Source: a virus. From it: DNA of 64,000 bases. Position numbers and translations under genes: made by a program. Location of the stretch: the IMG/VR virus record IMGVR_UViG_3300027747_002638; one strand, 5' to 3'. Shown one piece after another: positions 29,701 to 42,205 of this stretch (positions are counted from its first letter, which is position 1; each line of letters opens with the position of its first letter). The notes beneath the pieces were generated by a model that saw only the letters and a list, made by a program, of their open reading frames with translations, did not search any database and was not told where the DNA came from.

Positions 29701-29872
29701 TTAATAAATAGCCATTTTTTTCATCTTTTTGACAAAGTATAATACTCTTATATATATCATTACCATACATATTAGAGAATTGCTTTGGTAGACCTAAATT
29801 AATAATACAATTATGATGATAAATAGCAAAAAAACTAATACTATCATCAATAATCATTTTAATAAATTGCAA
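26703..29872 (-). other. small hypothetical CDS cluster (26703-26912, 27033-27302, 27271-27522, 27482-28027, 28058-28282 lipoprotein-like, 28467-28628, 28669-28869, 28969-29238, 29281-29490, 29471-29872)
   Basis: ORF track; several have leaderless TTGACA promoters; 28058-28282 has a lipobox-like FFVGC. Confidence 0.5.
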
Positions 29873-30326
29873 CTTTAACTACTTTAGGATTGTTATTTAC
29901 AAATCTCATAGCTTCTTTTTCAGTCATAAAGAAAATATCAACAACTGGATATTGTCCGTGACTAGCTTTCTTTTTGATAACATCTGTGCCAGTATCGTGA
30001 GCAAATCTAAATCCAAGATTAGGAATGTAAAGTTTTGAGAAGTAAGGAATAATTCTAGGGTCTACTGCAACGCTTCTATTAGGTTTAAGGGTCGCACCAG
30101 TCGAGCTTTGTCTCCTTGCACTCCAAGAATCTGTTCCAGAACCTTTTGCCCAATATGCAGTTAAGCGAACCTTGATCTCTTTCTTCGCAGTATTAGCCTT
30201 AATAAAATCATCAACCATCTTATCTTTATTAAAGATAATAGGTTTCTTTGAAGCTGATGTTATTTCGCTCTTGAATAATATACAAGAGGCTAACAACAAA
30301 ACGGATATTCTACATAGTATTTTCAT
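29859..30326 (-). CDS. 3D-domain (MltA-like lytic transglycosylase) protein with signal peptide
   Basis: RLTAY...SSTG...VAVDPRIIP...AHDTG...VVDIFF (three conserved Asp). Confidence 0.8.
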   Translation of the reverse strand: MKILCRISVLLLASCILFKSEITSASKKPIIFNKDKMVDDFIKANTAKKEIKVRLTAYWAKGSGTDSWSARRQSSTGATLKPNRSVAVDPRIIPYFSKLYIPNLGFRFAHDTGTDVIKKKASHGQYPVVDIFFMTEKEAMRFVNNNPKVVKVAIY

Positions 30327-30942
30327 AACTTGTCCTCGACTTATTTAAGATTAATTTAAATTGATTAAAATGTCAAGCTAGATTAACTTCTTCTAGCGAC
30401 TAGATAATTCCTTATGATTAATAGACTTCATAGTAATATAAGTTACACTCATAGGGTATTTTACGCCCTATGAATGTATCCTATAATAGAATTACTTTGT
30501 AAGAAGATCAGAAACTCGGAGCTTGCTGGTCAATTTACGCTTGTCAAAGGAACGCCAATGACGAGTATGCTGATTGACTTTATCAAGAACCTTTGCTTCA
30601 CTAATGGTAAATGTGCCGTTAGTGTTGTCTGTCATTTTAACAAAGTATGTTTTGGGTCTGTTTGCCATAATGATTGATATTAGTATATTTATTGAATAAT
30701 GTCAAATATTTTTTGAATCTTCTTTAACTTGAATGTATTTTTTATTAGTATTTTCACAGAATATACAAAAGTTGTCAAAATCAAAAACTAATATATAGTC
30801 ATTCATTGTTGCGTCTGGACGCACTTCTTCCCAAGTGAAATTAGTTTTAAGACCGAATGACTTTTTCATTTTACCTAATATATAGGTTACTTTATATATG
30901 GGGAGTTGTCAAACATATTTTATATTACATAAATAACTTTGT

Positions 30943-31356
30943 CTAGTTTTTATTTATATTGTATTGAATAAAATTGGCTTGACTATCTGTATGATAAACA
31001 TTTTTAAAATTTAATTGTTTAATCATATCCGAGCATCCGTGACAAGGAGCAGAATGATCTAGAGCATTATTTCTATTGATTCTAGTATTAACAAGAGTTA
31101 ATCTAGAACAATCCTCTATACCTAATTTGATAACAGCATTTAATTCGCTATGAGTTCCAACAATATCACTAATCTTTTCTTTATTTTTATTTATATAATT
31201 ATATTTTAAATTCATTGGATGGGTTTTTATGGAGTTCATTCCAATGCTAATAATACGATTGCGGTCAAGAATAAAAGAAAAATGTCTACATCTTAAATCT
31301 GCATTATGCTTATTGATTAAGGCATAAGTAACCTCAATAATCTTATTGAAGTTCAT
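30943..31356 (-). CDS. cytidine/deoxycytidylate deaminase-like protein
   Basis: HSELNAV and APCHGC zinc motifs. Confidence 0.75.
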   Translation of the reverse strand: MNFNKIIEVTYALINKHNADLRCRHFSFILDRNRIISIGMNSIKTHPMNLKYNYINKNKEKISDIVGTHSELNAVIKLGIEDCSRLTLVNTRINRNNALDHSAPCHGCSDMIKQLNFKNVYHTDSQANFIQYNINKN

Positions 31357-31357
31357 A

Positions 31358-33628
31358 CTAATCTTTTTTATCTAAATCTTCGTATTGTTTTTCAACTTCA
31401 TCTGCTTCTTTGTCTAAATCTGCTTGTATTTCTTTTAAATAACTATCAATCTTATCTAGGTCTGGAGTTTTTGGGCTATAAAAATTGCTAATATAGTTTG
31501 TATTAGTATTTCCAAAAAGAATCCTAGCTATTAAATGAATCCCAAATCCTTGAAGGATAGATAGATGAACAAAAGTAATTGGCTCAAAAAGATAATTCCA
31601 AACCAAAGTTACAATCGTGCCATAGATAAGGCCAAAGAAAATATAAGTCGTAAGAAGATCGAGTATGTCAAGTTTAGGTAATTTCATTACGATAAAGTAT
31701 TTATAAACATTGGAGTAAATTCTCCAACATAAGAACCTCTTACATTAAATTCAAAATAATCAATAGCATCGCCCATAGCATCTTCTTCATCTTTAAATTG
31801 TTCTGCAAGAATATCCAAGCATTTCTCAATAGAATAAATTGCTACTGGATTTCCCTCTGCATTATCACCAACTCCAATAAAAGCATCATCAAAACCATCT
31901 GCAAGAAGAATCTTGTCAGAGTAATCTGAATAGCCTACTTCAATAAAGTCCACGATCTTTTGATTATGTCTGCTTAATTTCATAATTGCTAATGTATATG
32001 GTGTCCTCTTAACCTTACTTATACTCACATTTTAACTTACACGCAAGTATTATTTTCAAAATTTACTTAATTTGTTTGGTAATCTCTTTTACTAGCTTAT
32101 CTGCTTGGTCTATTTCTTTCCAAGTGATGCCAGAGATATGAGTATTATTTCTATTGTGCCACTCAATCAATTCTATGATATTTTTCTTTAAGTCTTGGTT
32201 TTGCATATTATCCCAAAAAGTTTTTAAGATATTCATTTGCCTCATCTTCTTGCTTTATTAGATACTTAAATTTAATATAAAATTCATTTAGATCAAAAGC
32301 TAAACTTGCTGAAAGCGAAGTATTAGCTAATTTTGTTTCATACCAATCTACAAATTGTCTGATCGTGCGAATGGTTTTGACTTCTTCTTCCATAATCTAT
32401 ATACTAATTTAAATTTATTTTTTCTTCAACTTTAATTTTGCGTGATCTGCAAATAAATTTGGATTGTCTTTGTAAAGTATTTCTAATGATATTTTTGCAA
32501 AAGCTCTTAACTCTTTTTCGTCTTTAATAGCATCAATGATCTTTTTAGCCATTAAAGCAAAAGTCTTTTCTTCTTTTTCTAAACCTTTTTCTATTCGTGA
32601 TTTTTCTACTTTTTTCTTACCCATAATTCTAATTACACATTAGAATTTAAATTCAAACTGCTCTGCTATATATTTTGGGTTAGTTTCATACTTTTCAGAG
32701 TATAATTGACAAAGTTGGAAGTCTGTTAGATTATTTAAATAGCCAAGAATCCTATCTACAAGAGATACTGGATGTTCTTTAAGATATGCTCTCTTTAAGT
32801 CTGATAAGATTTTTGATCTTGGGTTAGTCATTTTCTTTGTCCAATAAAAACTCTGGTATCATATCCTCTGTTGCGTTTTTATCCTCGACAACATCAATCC
32901 AATCCGTAATATTACCATACTTAACACCTTGCATCAAATCTTCATAAAGAGATTCAATAGCGTGTTTAACCATATCTTCATTATCCATATCTACGATATA
33001 GTTTATATCTAAAGTAACTCGTCCTAGTTTCATTTTGCGTTTTTATACTCCATTATAAATTGACTAGCTTCTTCAAGAGCATTAACGAAGTGCATTGTTC
33101 TGCAATCTTGAGGACAATCCTCATCAGCTTGATTAACAAGCTCCTCTAGAATTTTAATTGCTTTTTCCATTTCTTGATTATGCTTCATTTTAGTTTAATG
33201 TCAATTAAAACCTAATGATGGTCTTTCTTTTTCGCTAAACAATTCTATAATACGAATATTGCTTATCAAGTGCCAATCATTATTGATCTTAATACATTTC
33301 TCTGATGGAGAAATCTCTGATACCTTTCCCTCTTGAATTGCGTATCTATTAATAGGAAAGTTAAGATAAAGAATCTTGCGATCAATTAAATCTTTTAATT
33401 TCATTCTTGTGGAGTCTCATTTCTAAAATCAAAATCATTAAAATAAACATCTATCTTGTCTACTAATTTGTAATACTTATCAGTAGCATCGTGAGATATT
33501 GAAATTTCATCTAGGAAATCTTTATTAGATAACAAATCTCCAAGTATTCCCATAGCTAACTCAATCTCTCCATCAGTAAAATAAGATGACGCTTTCATTA
33601 TTAAAATGGCTTGAGAACATATCCCCAA
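31358..33628 (-). other. small hypothetical CDS cluster (31358-31687, 31687-32028, 32208-32393, 32415-32624, 32640-32831, 32824-33033, 33201-33404, 33401-33628)
   Basis: ORF track; 31687-32028 is a common phage family (ADGFDDAFIG...YFEFNVRGSYVG). Confidence 0.55.
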
Positions 33629-34275
33629 TAATCGCTATCAGCTTGCTTTTGAATATCGTCCCACATAAGACAACGAACAATATAAGATGGCACACCTAAC
33701 TTATCGCAATTATCAATCCAATGTTTCTCCATCGCTTTATATTTCATCGCACCAACCTTTGACTTGGTATATTTTAAATTCTCCATACCATAAAAGCGAA
33801 GATGGTGAACATCACCACATACAACTTTAGTATGATTAGGATTAATCATTTCAAGAGCGAAGCTAACTTTAGCATAGCTCAATCCACGAATACGCTCAAC
33901 AAGACTATCACGAACCTTGACATAATGCTTCTTGTTATAGCAAACAAAGTCTTTGGGATTATGCCAGAAATCTTTTGCAAAGTCCCAAATATAATCTGTC
34001 CTTTCATTCTGACAACCAACGCCAGAACGAGTAAGACGCTTTAACAATTCCTTGCGATTATATCTCCAATAAATAAAGTCACGAATAGCAAGATAACCTT
34101 TGATGTTCCCTTCCCAAGTAGTATGAACCGAGCAGAAAGCGAAAAGATAACGCCTAAAAATATCTTCATTGGTCAAAGGTTTAAGGGTTTCCCAATACTG
34201 CTTGTAGGCTTCTACCTTGTGGCTATGAAGCTCATTAAAGCTGGCGAAAAACTGATCTGGTTTAGTTGTATCCAT
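33601..34275 (-). CDS. HhH-type DNA glycosylase-like protein
   Basis: LVERIRGLSYAKVSF (HhH) followed by VCGDVHHLR (catalytic Asp). Confidence 0.65.
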   Translation of the reverse strand: MDTTKPDQFFASFNELHSHKVEAYKQYWETLKPLTNEDIFRRYLFAFCSVHTTWEGNIKGYLAIRDFIYWRYNRKELLKRLTRSGVGCQNERTDYIWDFAKDFWHNPKDFVCYNKKHYVKVRDSLVERIRGLSYAKVSFALEMINPNHTKVVCGDVHHLRFYGMENLKYTKSKVGAMKYKAMEKHWIDNCDKLGVPSYIVRCLMWDDIQKQADSDYWGYVLKPF

Positions 34276-34313
34276 CACTCAAATATAATTTAAATTTAAT
34301 TTAAGTCAAAGAG

Positions 34314-37300
34314 TTAATTGTTCTTACCATCATTTTCCATCCAATTCCTTGCGTGATAAGGACTTGGAAAAGTTTTTAATAGTTTAGCGTCAATTAAATC
34401 AACACTAGGGTAATTATCTTTACGAGTTTCTTCGTAAGCTCCCCATAATTCAAGGTCATTTCCAAATTCATCTTCTAATTGTTTTATGTATCTAATTACT
34501 TTCATAATACAACAATATTAATCTTTGCGTTTAGTTTATAAACTCGATTGCCCTGCTTTTCATCGGGGTCATTAATCGTATTACGCTTTTTAGCTGAAAA
34601 GTCATAAGCCTTACCATCTCCTAAATCTAAGATATTTACGCTTGTAGTATTAGGAACTTTAATCTTCATATAAATTGAGTGATTGCCTCGCTGAACAGAT
34701 TCGGGGTCAAAGAAAGAAAAAACCTCTCCTTCTTTAATCTGGTCAAATTCAGTAAGTGCTTCTTTGTCTTGCGATGTTATATTGTATTTCATAAATTAAA
34801 ATGGTCTAAAGTTATACATCCTTTCAGCTATCTTACTTATATTTGTTTTATTTGTCAAACTGAATCCGTATTTTTTCTTAAATTTTGCAAGTTTTTTAGG
34901 ATTCATATTCTGTTTTTCAAAATCCCCAACAGAGCTTTCATCAGTCACAAGGTATTCGCCTTTTTTAAAATCAAATAAATCCATTATTTCTTGCACTTGA
35001 TCTGGATACTTGTCTACTACTGCTGAACCAGCAAACTCAATAATTTCACCATCGTATGAAATTAATTTTCCTTTAGTAAAATCGTATCTAGGTTTCATTA
35101 CCTATTCCATTGAAACTCAAAAATCCAACCTAACCAATGAAATCCACATTCAGTAAAGTATTTGCCATTCATATAAAAAAATTTAGGCAACAATTTAAAT
35201 TGAAATGAATTTAAAATATAAAGCCCCATACCTTTAAATGTGATACGATAATAAACTTTACTTACAAAGCAACCTTGAGCTTTCATAGTTTTCTCAAATT
35301 CTTCGCTTGTCATTCTTTTTTTCTTCTTTTTCATCTTCTTCGATAATTTTCCTTGTAATTTTATTAATATCAAGTGATAAATTATATAATGATTGAGATA
35401 TATCAACCAAACTTCTTTTAATGTCTAATAGTATTCTGTCGTTGTTCATAATTTAATCCCATAAGTCCTTAAAGTAAAGGCCAAGGAGCATCAATCCATT
35501 TCTTTGACGCTCATAGGCTTTATTTAATTTTGAATAATCTGGTTGAATATTTTCTTTCTTTTCAAATTCAACTAGATATGTTCCATCTTCTTGTTTCTCA
35601 AGAAACATTTGACGATCTTTAATAGGGTCAAATCCTTTTGGATAAACCTCATAAACTTCTTCTAGACTTACATTAATATCATCTTCATCAACAATAGTTT
35701 GGAGTGCAAAGATAATTTCATCTAAAACATATTCATATTCTTTTTGATCTAGGGAAATTTCCAAGCCAGTTGTTTTATCAATGTGGCATCCAAGAGTTGT
35801 ATTAAATACAAAATCATCTTCTTTACCAACATAAGGAACAATCTTATCATCAATAATTAAATGGTGACGATTAGCAAGGCTATGATAGTTTTGTCGAAGA
35901 TGCTTGATTCTTGGAAGCATAAACTTCGCAGTAGATTGAGGAAGATTCCAGCAATCGCTATCAGAAAAACCTCTAGTTAATTTCTGTGAAATATTTTTTA
36001 CTTTCCATTTTCCATTAAGAAAAGTATGATACAAATAATTACATTCAGCAAAAACCCAATTTAAAATTGGATTCTTGTGAAATCTAAAAGATCGCATCAA
36101 TTCTTCAAATGTTTGTTTTTGACTCATACTTTATTTAAGGTTTCCCTTACTGAATCTAACACTTCTTTAAGGTCTTGTAAAGAGTAAGATTTAAGTCCAC
36201 CATTAAAACTATAACCTTCATTATCTTTATCGAAAGTAACCATTAGTTTAGTTTCAGCAAAAGTATAATTCGTTCCACCCCAAGATGTTCCTTGAGCTTC
36301 TTTTCCATAAAAGTATGCGGTTGCTGTTGGGTTTTTGCTATTAAGATTATACATACGAATAGTTACTGCTTCACAAGGAAATTTATCCGTAGATGTTTTA
36401 TTAATAATTTGTTCTTTTGGAACAATACCTTTGACTCTGCTATTCTTTTCCCAAAATATTTTATGTTTCATAATCCTTGCTCCTTACAATTTTCTTCGTA
36501 ATCCTTCAAGAATTTATATTCTTCCCAACGCCCAGCGTTGGCTAGAATGTTACTTGTAAGCATTACTCGATGTTCTCCCTCATTTTTAATATCTTTTTCA
36601 TCGTAAGTCAAGGTAATAATTCCAAGACCATAATCATCATAATCTATAATCTTTAAATCAACACCTTGCTTTTCTTCATCATCCAAAACGCTTTCGATTG
36701 CTCTAGTTGTAGCTTCTGTATATCTATCATTCTTTTTAATTGAATCTTCTAGATCAACTTTAGCTAACCAATTATGTCCACTTACATAAACATTCATTCT
36801 TCATCCTCATCTTCAAAGTTATAAACCGCTTCATTTTCTTCTGGTGAACGAAACCAAAGATAAGTGTGATCGTTTTTTTGTTGAGCTTCGATAAATTCAA
36901 GATTGCAATTTTGTAATCTTTCCTTTACAATATCTATGAAATGATTACCAACTTTGATAAACAAACTCTCATCACCAGCAATCCATTCATAGGATTCGCC
37001 AAATTCCTCTGCAATCATTTTAATTTTAGGATGTAATGTCATAGTTGCTTAAGATCAATCTTTTCGACTTCTTCCTCTTGAGTTGAAACTTTACCACGAA
37101 TTTCAGCTAATAGATTTACTACTGAATCCAAATCATATTCGCTAGAATCGGTTGTATCAAAATCAATTATCTCTTGAAGATAATTAATATCCTCAATTAT
37201 CAAATCAATCTTATCAATTATTTTTTTGTTCATTTTGTGACATCTCCATTTTTAGATTATCTAACTCTTTCTCATTTAAGTCAAGAGCAGAAGGGTGAAT

Positions 37301-37414
37301 TGTTAGTGTCATATCTAGATGAGGCACAAAACAATAAAACATTTTGATTTTGCTATCATAGCTTAATACTTCCATAGAAGTTCCCTTTGTAGTTTTTACT
37401 TTGTGATTTTTCAT
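34314..37414 (-). other. small hypothetical CDS cluster (34314-34505, 34502-34792, 34796-35098, 35098-35334, 35453-36127, 36124-36471, 36468-36797, 36794-37042, 37039-37233, 37214-37414)
   Basis: ORF track; translationally coupled (ATGA overlaps). Confidence 0.6.
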
Positions 37415-38343
37415 ATAGATATATGTTCCTTGTGATAATCACTACCTTTTTGAGTTAATGCTCTACCAGTTGGACGAATTTCAATTAAACTATTACGAAC
37501 AAGATATAATTCAACATTCTTTTGCAACATATCTCTTGTAAGATTAGTTTTAGCTGAAAGGTTAGTTAGTCTAACTTCTCCGTGTTCTTTAAGAATTTTA
37601 ATTACATTAAGTTCGATTTCTGAAAGGCCAAGAGGGTAGATGGATAGTTTGCTTTTAATTTCCTTCCAACCTTCGCTAGTCAATTCATTAGATTTTTTAC
37701 CCGCTAAATAACCAGAAATTTGATTTGCCATAGATTGAGCTTGTCGAGCATTACCACGACAAACACTAGCCACTTCGTCAATAATCAAATCATTAATCTT
37801 TTGCTTTTTTGTAAGTAGATTTGCAGAAATAATCTTACCCAATTCAATATAAGAATAGTCTTGAAGATCAATTCTATATAGACGATCAAGAAGTGCGTGA
37901 AAAATCTTTTGAGCTTCTGTTGTGCAAAAGATAAAAGAGTTTTGGTTAAATCTAAAAGTATAAGTTCCATCTTCAAAAGAAAAATCATTTTGATTGGTGG
38001 AGTTAGGATTTAAAATAGTAAGAAGTGCCATAGTAACATCTCTTGGCAATTCACTAGCCTCATCAAAAATAATAGTAATATCTTTATCTGCAACAAAAGG
38101 AAGCATAATCTGATTAAAAAAACTCTTAACATTTTTGATTGTAGAACAATTAACAATTAGAGTTTTCTGTCTATTCATAAGATTAGCTGTTTTTTGAGCG
38201 ATAAGAGTTTTACCACATCCTCTTGGAGCAACAAAAAGAAGATGAGGCATAATTCTTGTTTGCTGAAATCCCTCTAGTAAGAAATTAATTTTACCCTTTG
38301 TCTTTTCTTGTCCAACGATCTCTGAAAAATTATCTTTTGTCAT
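37411..38343 (-). CDS. ruvB: RuvB-like Holliday junction branch-migration AAA+ ATPase
   Basis: FSEIVGQE, HLLFVAPRGCGKT (Walker A), IIFDEA (Walker B), RGNAR, GLSEIE, YLVRNSLIEIRPTGR. Confidence 0.82.
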   Translation of the reverse strand: MTKDNFSEIVGQEKTKGKINFLLEGFQQTRIMPHLLFVAPRGCGKTLIAQKTANLMNRQKTLIVNCSTIKNVKSFFNQIMLPFVADKDITIIFDEASELPRDVTMALLTILNPNSTNQNDFSFEDGTYTFRFNQNSFIFCTTEAQKIFHALLDRLYRIDLQDYSYIELGKIISANLLTKKQKINDLIIDEVASVCRGNARQAQSMANQISGYLAGKKSNELTSEGWKEIKSKLSIYPLGLSEIELNVIKILKEHGEVRLTNLSAKTNLTRDMLQKNVELYLVRNSLIEIRPTGRALTQKGSDYHKEHISI

Positions 38344-38388
38344 ATATGTTTTTATACAAGGGTTTTGTTTTGTAATCAAGAAGTTTAT

Positions 38389-39021
38389 TTAAACTACTTG
38401 AAAATCAATGCTTTGCTCTAAACTATTATATGTTTTAGTATTGACTTCCTTTTCAATTCCTTTTATATTTAAATTGTCGAGGAATTTCTTTGATACGATA
38501 ACTATTGCATCTTGCTTCAATACTTTATTAAGTTCACTCAATGGAATCATTGAAAAACAAAACGAACCTTTTTTACGACCACGATTAGATTTCATCTTCA
38601 TCTCCTTCTTCTGTATGTGCATTTCTCATAGCGTTTAACAAATCAAATTTCAATGATTCTAAAACGCCAATAACTTGATACGCTGTCATATCACTTTCTT
38701 GAGCATACCTTAATATATCTTTGTATAAAGTATCTCTCAACTGATTTCCAGCTTTACAATTAAAATTATCTTCTTCGTTCATAAATTAAATTTACTTACT
38801 TTAACTCCAAGTCCTAAAAAAATCAAGGTAAATATTTTTCCGTATTCGTATGATTGAAATGATATGTCTGTCCTTAAATTGAATTTAAATCCAAACCATT
38901 TATCATCATATTCTTTTTTAAAACCGAGAGAGATGGTCGGTAGGATAACTCTAATCTCAAGATTATTGTCTCTACCAAACCATCTCCCTATGCACCAATC
39001 AATGTGCAAACCTAACTTCAT
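38389..39021 (-). other. three small hypothetical CDS (38389-38622, 38585-38782, 38779-39021)
   Basis: ORF track. Confidence 0.55.
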
Positions 39022-39941
39022 TATCCCTTAATAAACCTTCCAGTATGAGGGTCACGCTTATTGTGATAATTAGCTTTAAGTGTGCCATCAGTTCCCCAAC
39101 TAGGAACATCATCTTCCTCATCTTCATCACCATAAATATCATCATCGGGGTCTACATTATACATTTCTTGCATAGCCTCGATAGCTTCTGGACGATATGG
39201 ATGAATAAAGTTTCCATAAGCAATATCATAAAGTTCTTTGTCAAGAGATTTACGATATAGTGCAACAACTTCTAATTTAGATGCACGAAGTTTCTGACAT
39301 TCGCAATCTGTTGGAACAGATACAACATCGGCGGGGTTAATCTTAACTATTACAAGATTGCCACCACCATTGAAACTCTTTGCATATTCTTCTGACCCAG
39401 CGTGATAACCAGCAGAGCAACCAACATCTGCATTATCGCAAACTTGATTCCTTGCCATCTCACGGACTTGGCCGATAGCAAAATTATGTTTGCCACTATA
39501 CCAATCAGTAAAATCTGCTCTAACACTCTTGTATGCAAGGAAATCGCCATCTGGTGTGAGAGGCATTTTCTTATGCTCCAAGAATTTGTAGAGTTCATTA
39601 ACTGCTCTACGAGAAGGATTTGCCATTAGCTTATCAAGAAACTTAACAAGAGGCTCGTAAGGCAAGCCATTCTTAATAAAGTTTAAGATTCTATCTACAA
39701 CGATATTATGAATTTCTTCGCCAGCATAAGTCACAAGACCATCACGGACTTCAATTTTGCCGTGAGAGAATCGTGCAATAGCTTTGCTCTTGTCGAGAAT
39801 ATCTGGAAGATCGCTAAACCTTCCTTGTCGAATTGCGGTGATAGCGTCATTCCAAACTGGATTTTCGCTAGTGATAGTCTTTGGCTCATCGTTAAGAACG
39901 ATGGTAAGACTACGATCTGTTAATATGTATGGTATTTTCAT
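39021..39941 (-). CDS. rIIB: rIIB-like protein
   Basis: FLDKLMANPS...LYKFL...TPDGDFLAYKSV...M.RNQV...CSAGYH...VKINPADVVSVPTD; downstream of rIIA. Confidence 0.85.
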   Translation of the reverse strand: MKIPYILTDRSLTIVLNDEPKTITSENPVWNDAITAIRQGRFSDLPDILDKSKAIARFSHGKIEVRDGLVTYAGEEIHNIVVDRILNFIKNGLPYEPLVKFLDKLMANPSRRAVNELYKFLEHKKMPLTPDGDFLAYKSVRADFTDWYSGKHNFAIGQVREMARNQVCDNADVGCSAGYHAGSEEYAKSFNGGGNLVIVKINPADVVSVPTDCECQKLRASKLEVVALYRKSLDKELYDIAYGNFIHPYRPEAIEAMQEMYNVDPDDDIYGDEDEEDDVPSWGTDGTLKANYHNKRDPHTGRFIKG

Positions 39942-39963
39942 TTTTTGTATTTTCTCTCCTTTT

Positions 39964-42162
39964 TTAGTTTTTGTCAATAAGATTTATGTAATTTACAATC
40001 TTTGTCATTTTATGCTTTTCGTTTATCTCCCACATACTGATATGAGGAATAAATGCACCGAGCATTTCATATCTGCTTTGGACATTCTTTAATAGAGCAT
40101 CCAAATCATAAGTTGGATTGACTTGATCGAATTTAATATCAATTTCAGCCAATTTTAAAAATTCAAGAGCTTCTCCAACCTTCTTAAAGTTCGATTTTGC
40201 ATAAAACATAACCGCACTCAAATATTGTGCAAACTCTGAATTTTCATTCTCAATAAGTTCGTGCAACTCTTTCTTGTGCATATTTTGAGCAATATCACTA
40301 AAGTTATCATCTTCTCTATTATGTTTATCCCAATGATTCTTGTCTGTGATTTGCTGTGATAGTTTAGAATACTCCTTGCGGATTCCATCTTCAAGATGTT
40401 TCCAGAGGCTTATAAGATTTTTATTTTTATTAATAATCTTTTTCTTGGATTCAAAAGTTTTGGATTTGATTCCATAAATCTCTGGAAGTTTCTCGTCAGT
40501 CAGTTTTTCATACTGCTCAAGAATATCTTTTAGAGTTCCATTTCTAAATTCGTGTTCTTTACCTTGAGCTTGGAAGTTGCTAATCTCCACATAGATAGCG
40601 GTATCGTTTGCTAAATCCATAGCCATAGTCTCCCAATTATTAGAATTTGTTCCCCAATTTGTAGCATCTTTACGCTTAAACTTAAAGATTTGAGAGGAAT
40701 GTTTTGGATTCTTACTGGTTACAACGCTAGTTCCAGAATTAATCTTCTGAATTGTAATCTTCTCATAATCAGAAAGATTCAAATAATTCTCATTAACAAT
40801 ACCAAGTTCCTTGTTAAAGGTATCTTTCGTTACTTGATCTACGAATGTAAATACATAAGCACCATCAATCTTGTCTCCTAATTCATTCCAAAGAGTAGCA
40901 AGACGATGAGTTACTCCCATAGCTGAACCAGTATCATTGACTAGGACTTTATGCGTCTTTTCACAAAGAATCCTTTTAGCCTCATTCTCTGAATTTAATT
41001 TTGTGCTTCTGCGAGACTTCTGATAAAACTTTGAAGTCAATTTGCCATTCTCAATCATCTTCGCAATCTTATCATTGAAATCAATATGATTATCAGTAAT
41101 AGTTTTGCTATTCCAAGTAACCTTATTACTCAAAGCATTACGAACAATATAACCCAAACTGCCATAAGTTCCAAAGACTTCATTATAAAGAGCTTTCGCA
41201 TCATAGATGTTTGTAGAGTCTTTAAATTGTTGAGAGATACACTCTGCCATCTCCTTCTTAATCTTGCGAAACTTTTCTCTGATAGCTTTTCTAGTCTTTT
41301 CGGTATATTCTAGATTCTCACGGCTTGCTGTAATATCTAGTTCACCAAGCTCAAACTCAACTTCAAATCCTTGGCTACAAATACTTTGCTCATCAGAATC
41401 TTCTTTGAATTGCACATCGCTAGTTTCGATAGGATAACCAACTCCCATAATAGCAACAGATTCTTTACCATAGCTAGAGTTATTATAATAAGCCCAACCA
41501 TTACCTTTAAATATTGGTGTGCGATCATAGATTTCTGACAAATCTTCTTTTCTTGCACCTTTGATAATTGGCTTGTTCTTAAAATACTTAAATAATTCTT
41601 GAGCAGTAGACAAGAAGGTTTCTGTATCTTCTTCTTTGATTGGAACAGAAATCAAAATGCCAGTAGGCTCGGAAGATTTTTCTTCCTTGAGCTTGACGAT
41701 CTTACCGATTTTAGTTTCATCAATAAAAGCATTATAAGTAGTTTTCTTACCATCGTGATAAGAAATTAAAACAAAGTTATCACCATAACTGAATGGTGCG
41801 AATTTGCCAATGCCATAATATCCAATAGCAGAATTACTATTGCGTTTGGTAGATTCACCATAATAGCAATAAAGATTCTTAATATCATCAGCAGAAAGAC
41901 CATTACCAAAATCTCTGATAGTTAAGGTAGGCTCTAGCTTTGTAGGAAGTTTAATCTCAATAGGACGCTTGCTCTTTGCTTCGATGTTAGCGTCTTGTGC
42001 ATTACAAGTAATCTCACGCAATACTGCGAGAGGTTTGTTGGAATACAACTGATTGCGAAGGATGTTAAAGATATAAGGAAGTCCAGATTGCTTGATTCCG
42101 AAACTTACGGATTCAAAACTATCGGACTCGACTACATTGATTGGTTTTTCGATTAATTTCAT
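39964..42162 (-). CDS. rIIA: rIIA-like protein (N-terminal GHKL ATPase)
   Basis: LYSNKPLAVLREITCNAQDA, IRDFGNGLS, YGESTK..SN..IGYYGIGK.APFSY, GELDITASRE. Confidence 0.88.
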   Translation of the reverse strand: MKLIEKPINVVESDSFESVSFGIKQSGLPYIFNILRNQLYSNKPLAVLREITCNAQDANIEAKSKRPIEIKLPTKLEPTLTIRDFGNGLSADDIKNLYCYYGESTKRNSNSAIGYYGIGKFAPFSYGDNFVLISYHDGKKTTYNAFIDETKIGKIVKLKEEKSSEPTGILISVPIKEEDTETFLSTAQELFKYFKNKPIIKGARKEDLSEIYDRTPIFKGNGWAYYNNSSYGKESVAIMGVGYPIETSDVQFKEDSDEQSICSQGFEVEFELGELDITASRENLEYTEKTRKAIREKFRKIKKEMAECISQQFKDSTNIYDAKALYNEVFGTYGSLGYIVRNALSNKVTWNSKTITDNHIDFNDKIAKMIENGKLTSKFYQKSRRSTKLNSENEAKRILCEKTHKVLVNDTGSAMGVTHRLATLWNELGDKIDGAYVFTFVDQVTKDTFNKELGIVNENYLNLSDYEKITIQKINSGTSVVTSKNPKHSSQIFKFKRKDATNWGTNSNNWETMAMDLANDTAIYVEISNFQAQGKEHEFRNGTLKDILEQYEKLTDEKLPEIYGIKSKTFESKKKIINKNKNLISLWKHLEDGIRKEYSKLSQQITDKNHWDKHNREDDNFSDIAQNMHKKELHELIENENSEFAQYLSAVMFYAKSNFKKVGEALEFLKLAEIDIKFDQVNPTYDLDALLKNVQSRYEMLGAFIPHISMWEINEKHKMTKIVNYINLIDKN

Positions 42163-42205
42163 ATATTGAATTTAAATTAAATTTAAAATGATGTCAAATA
42201 ATATT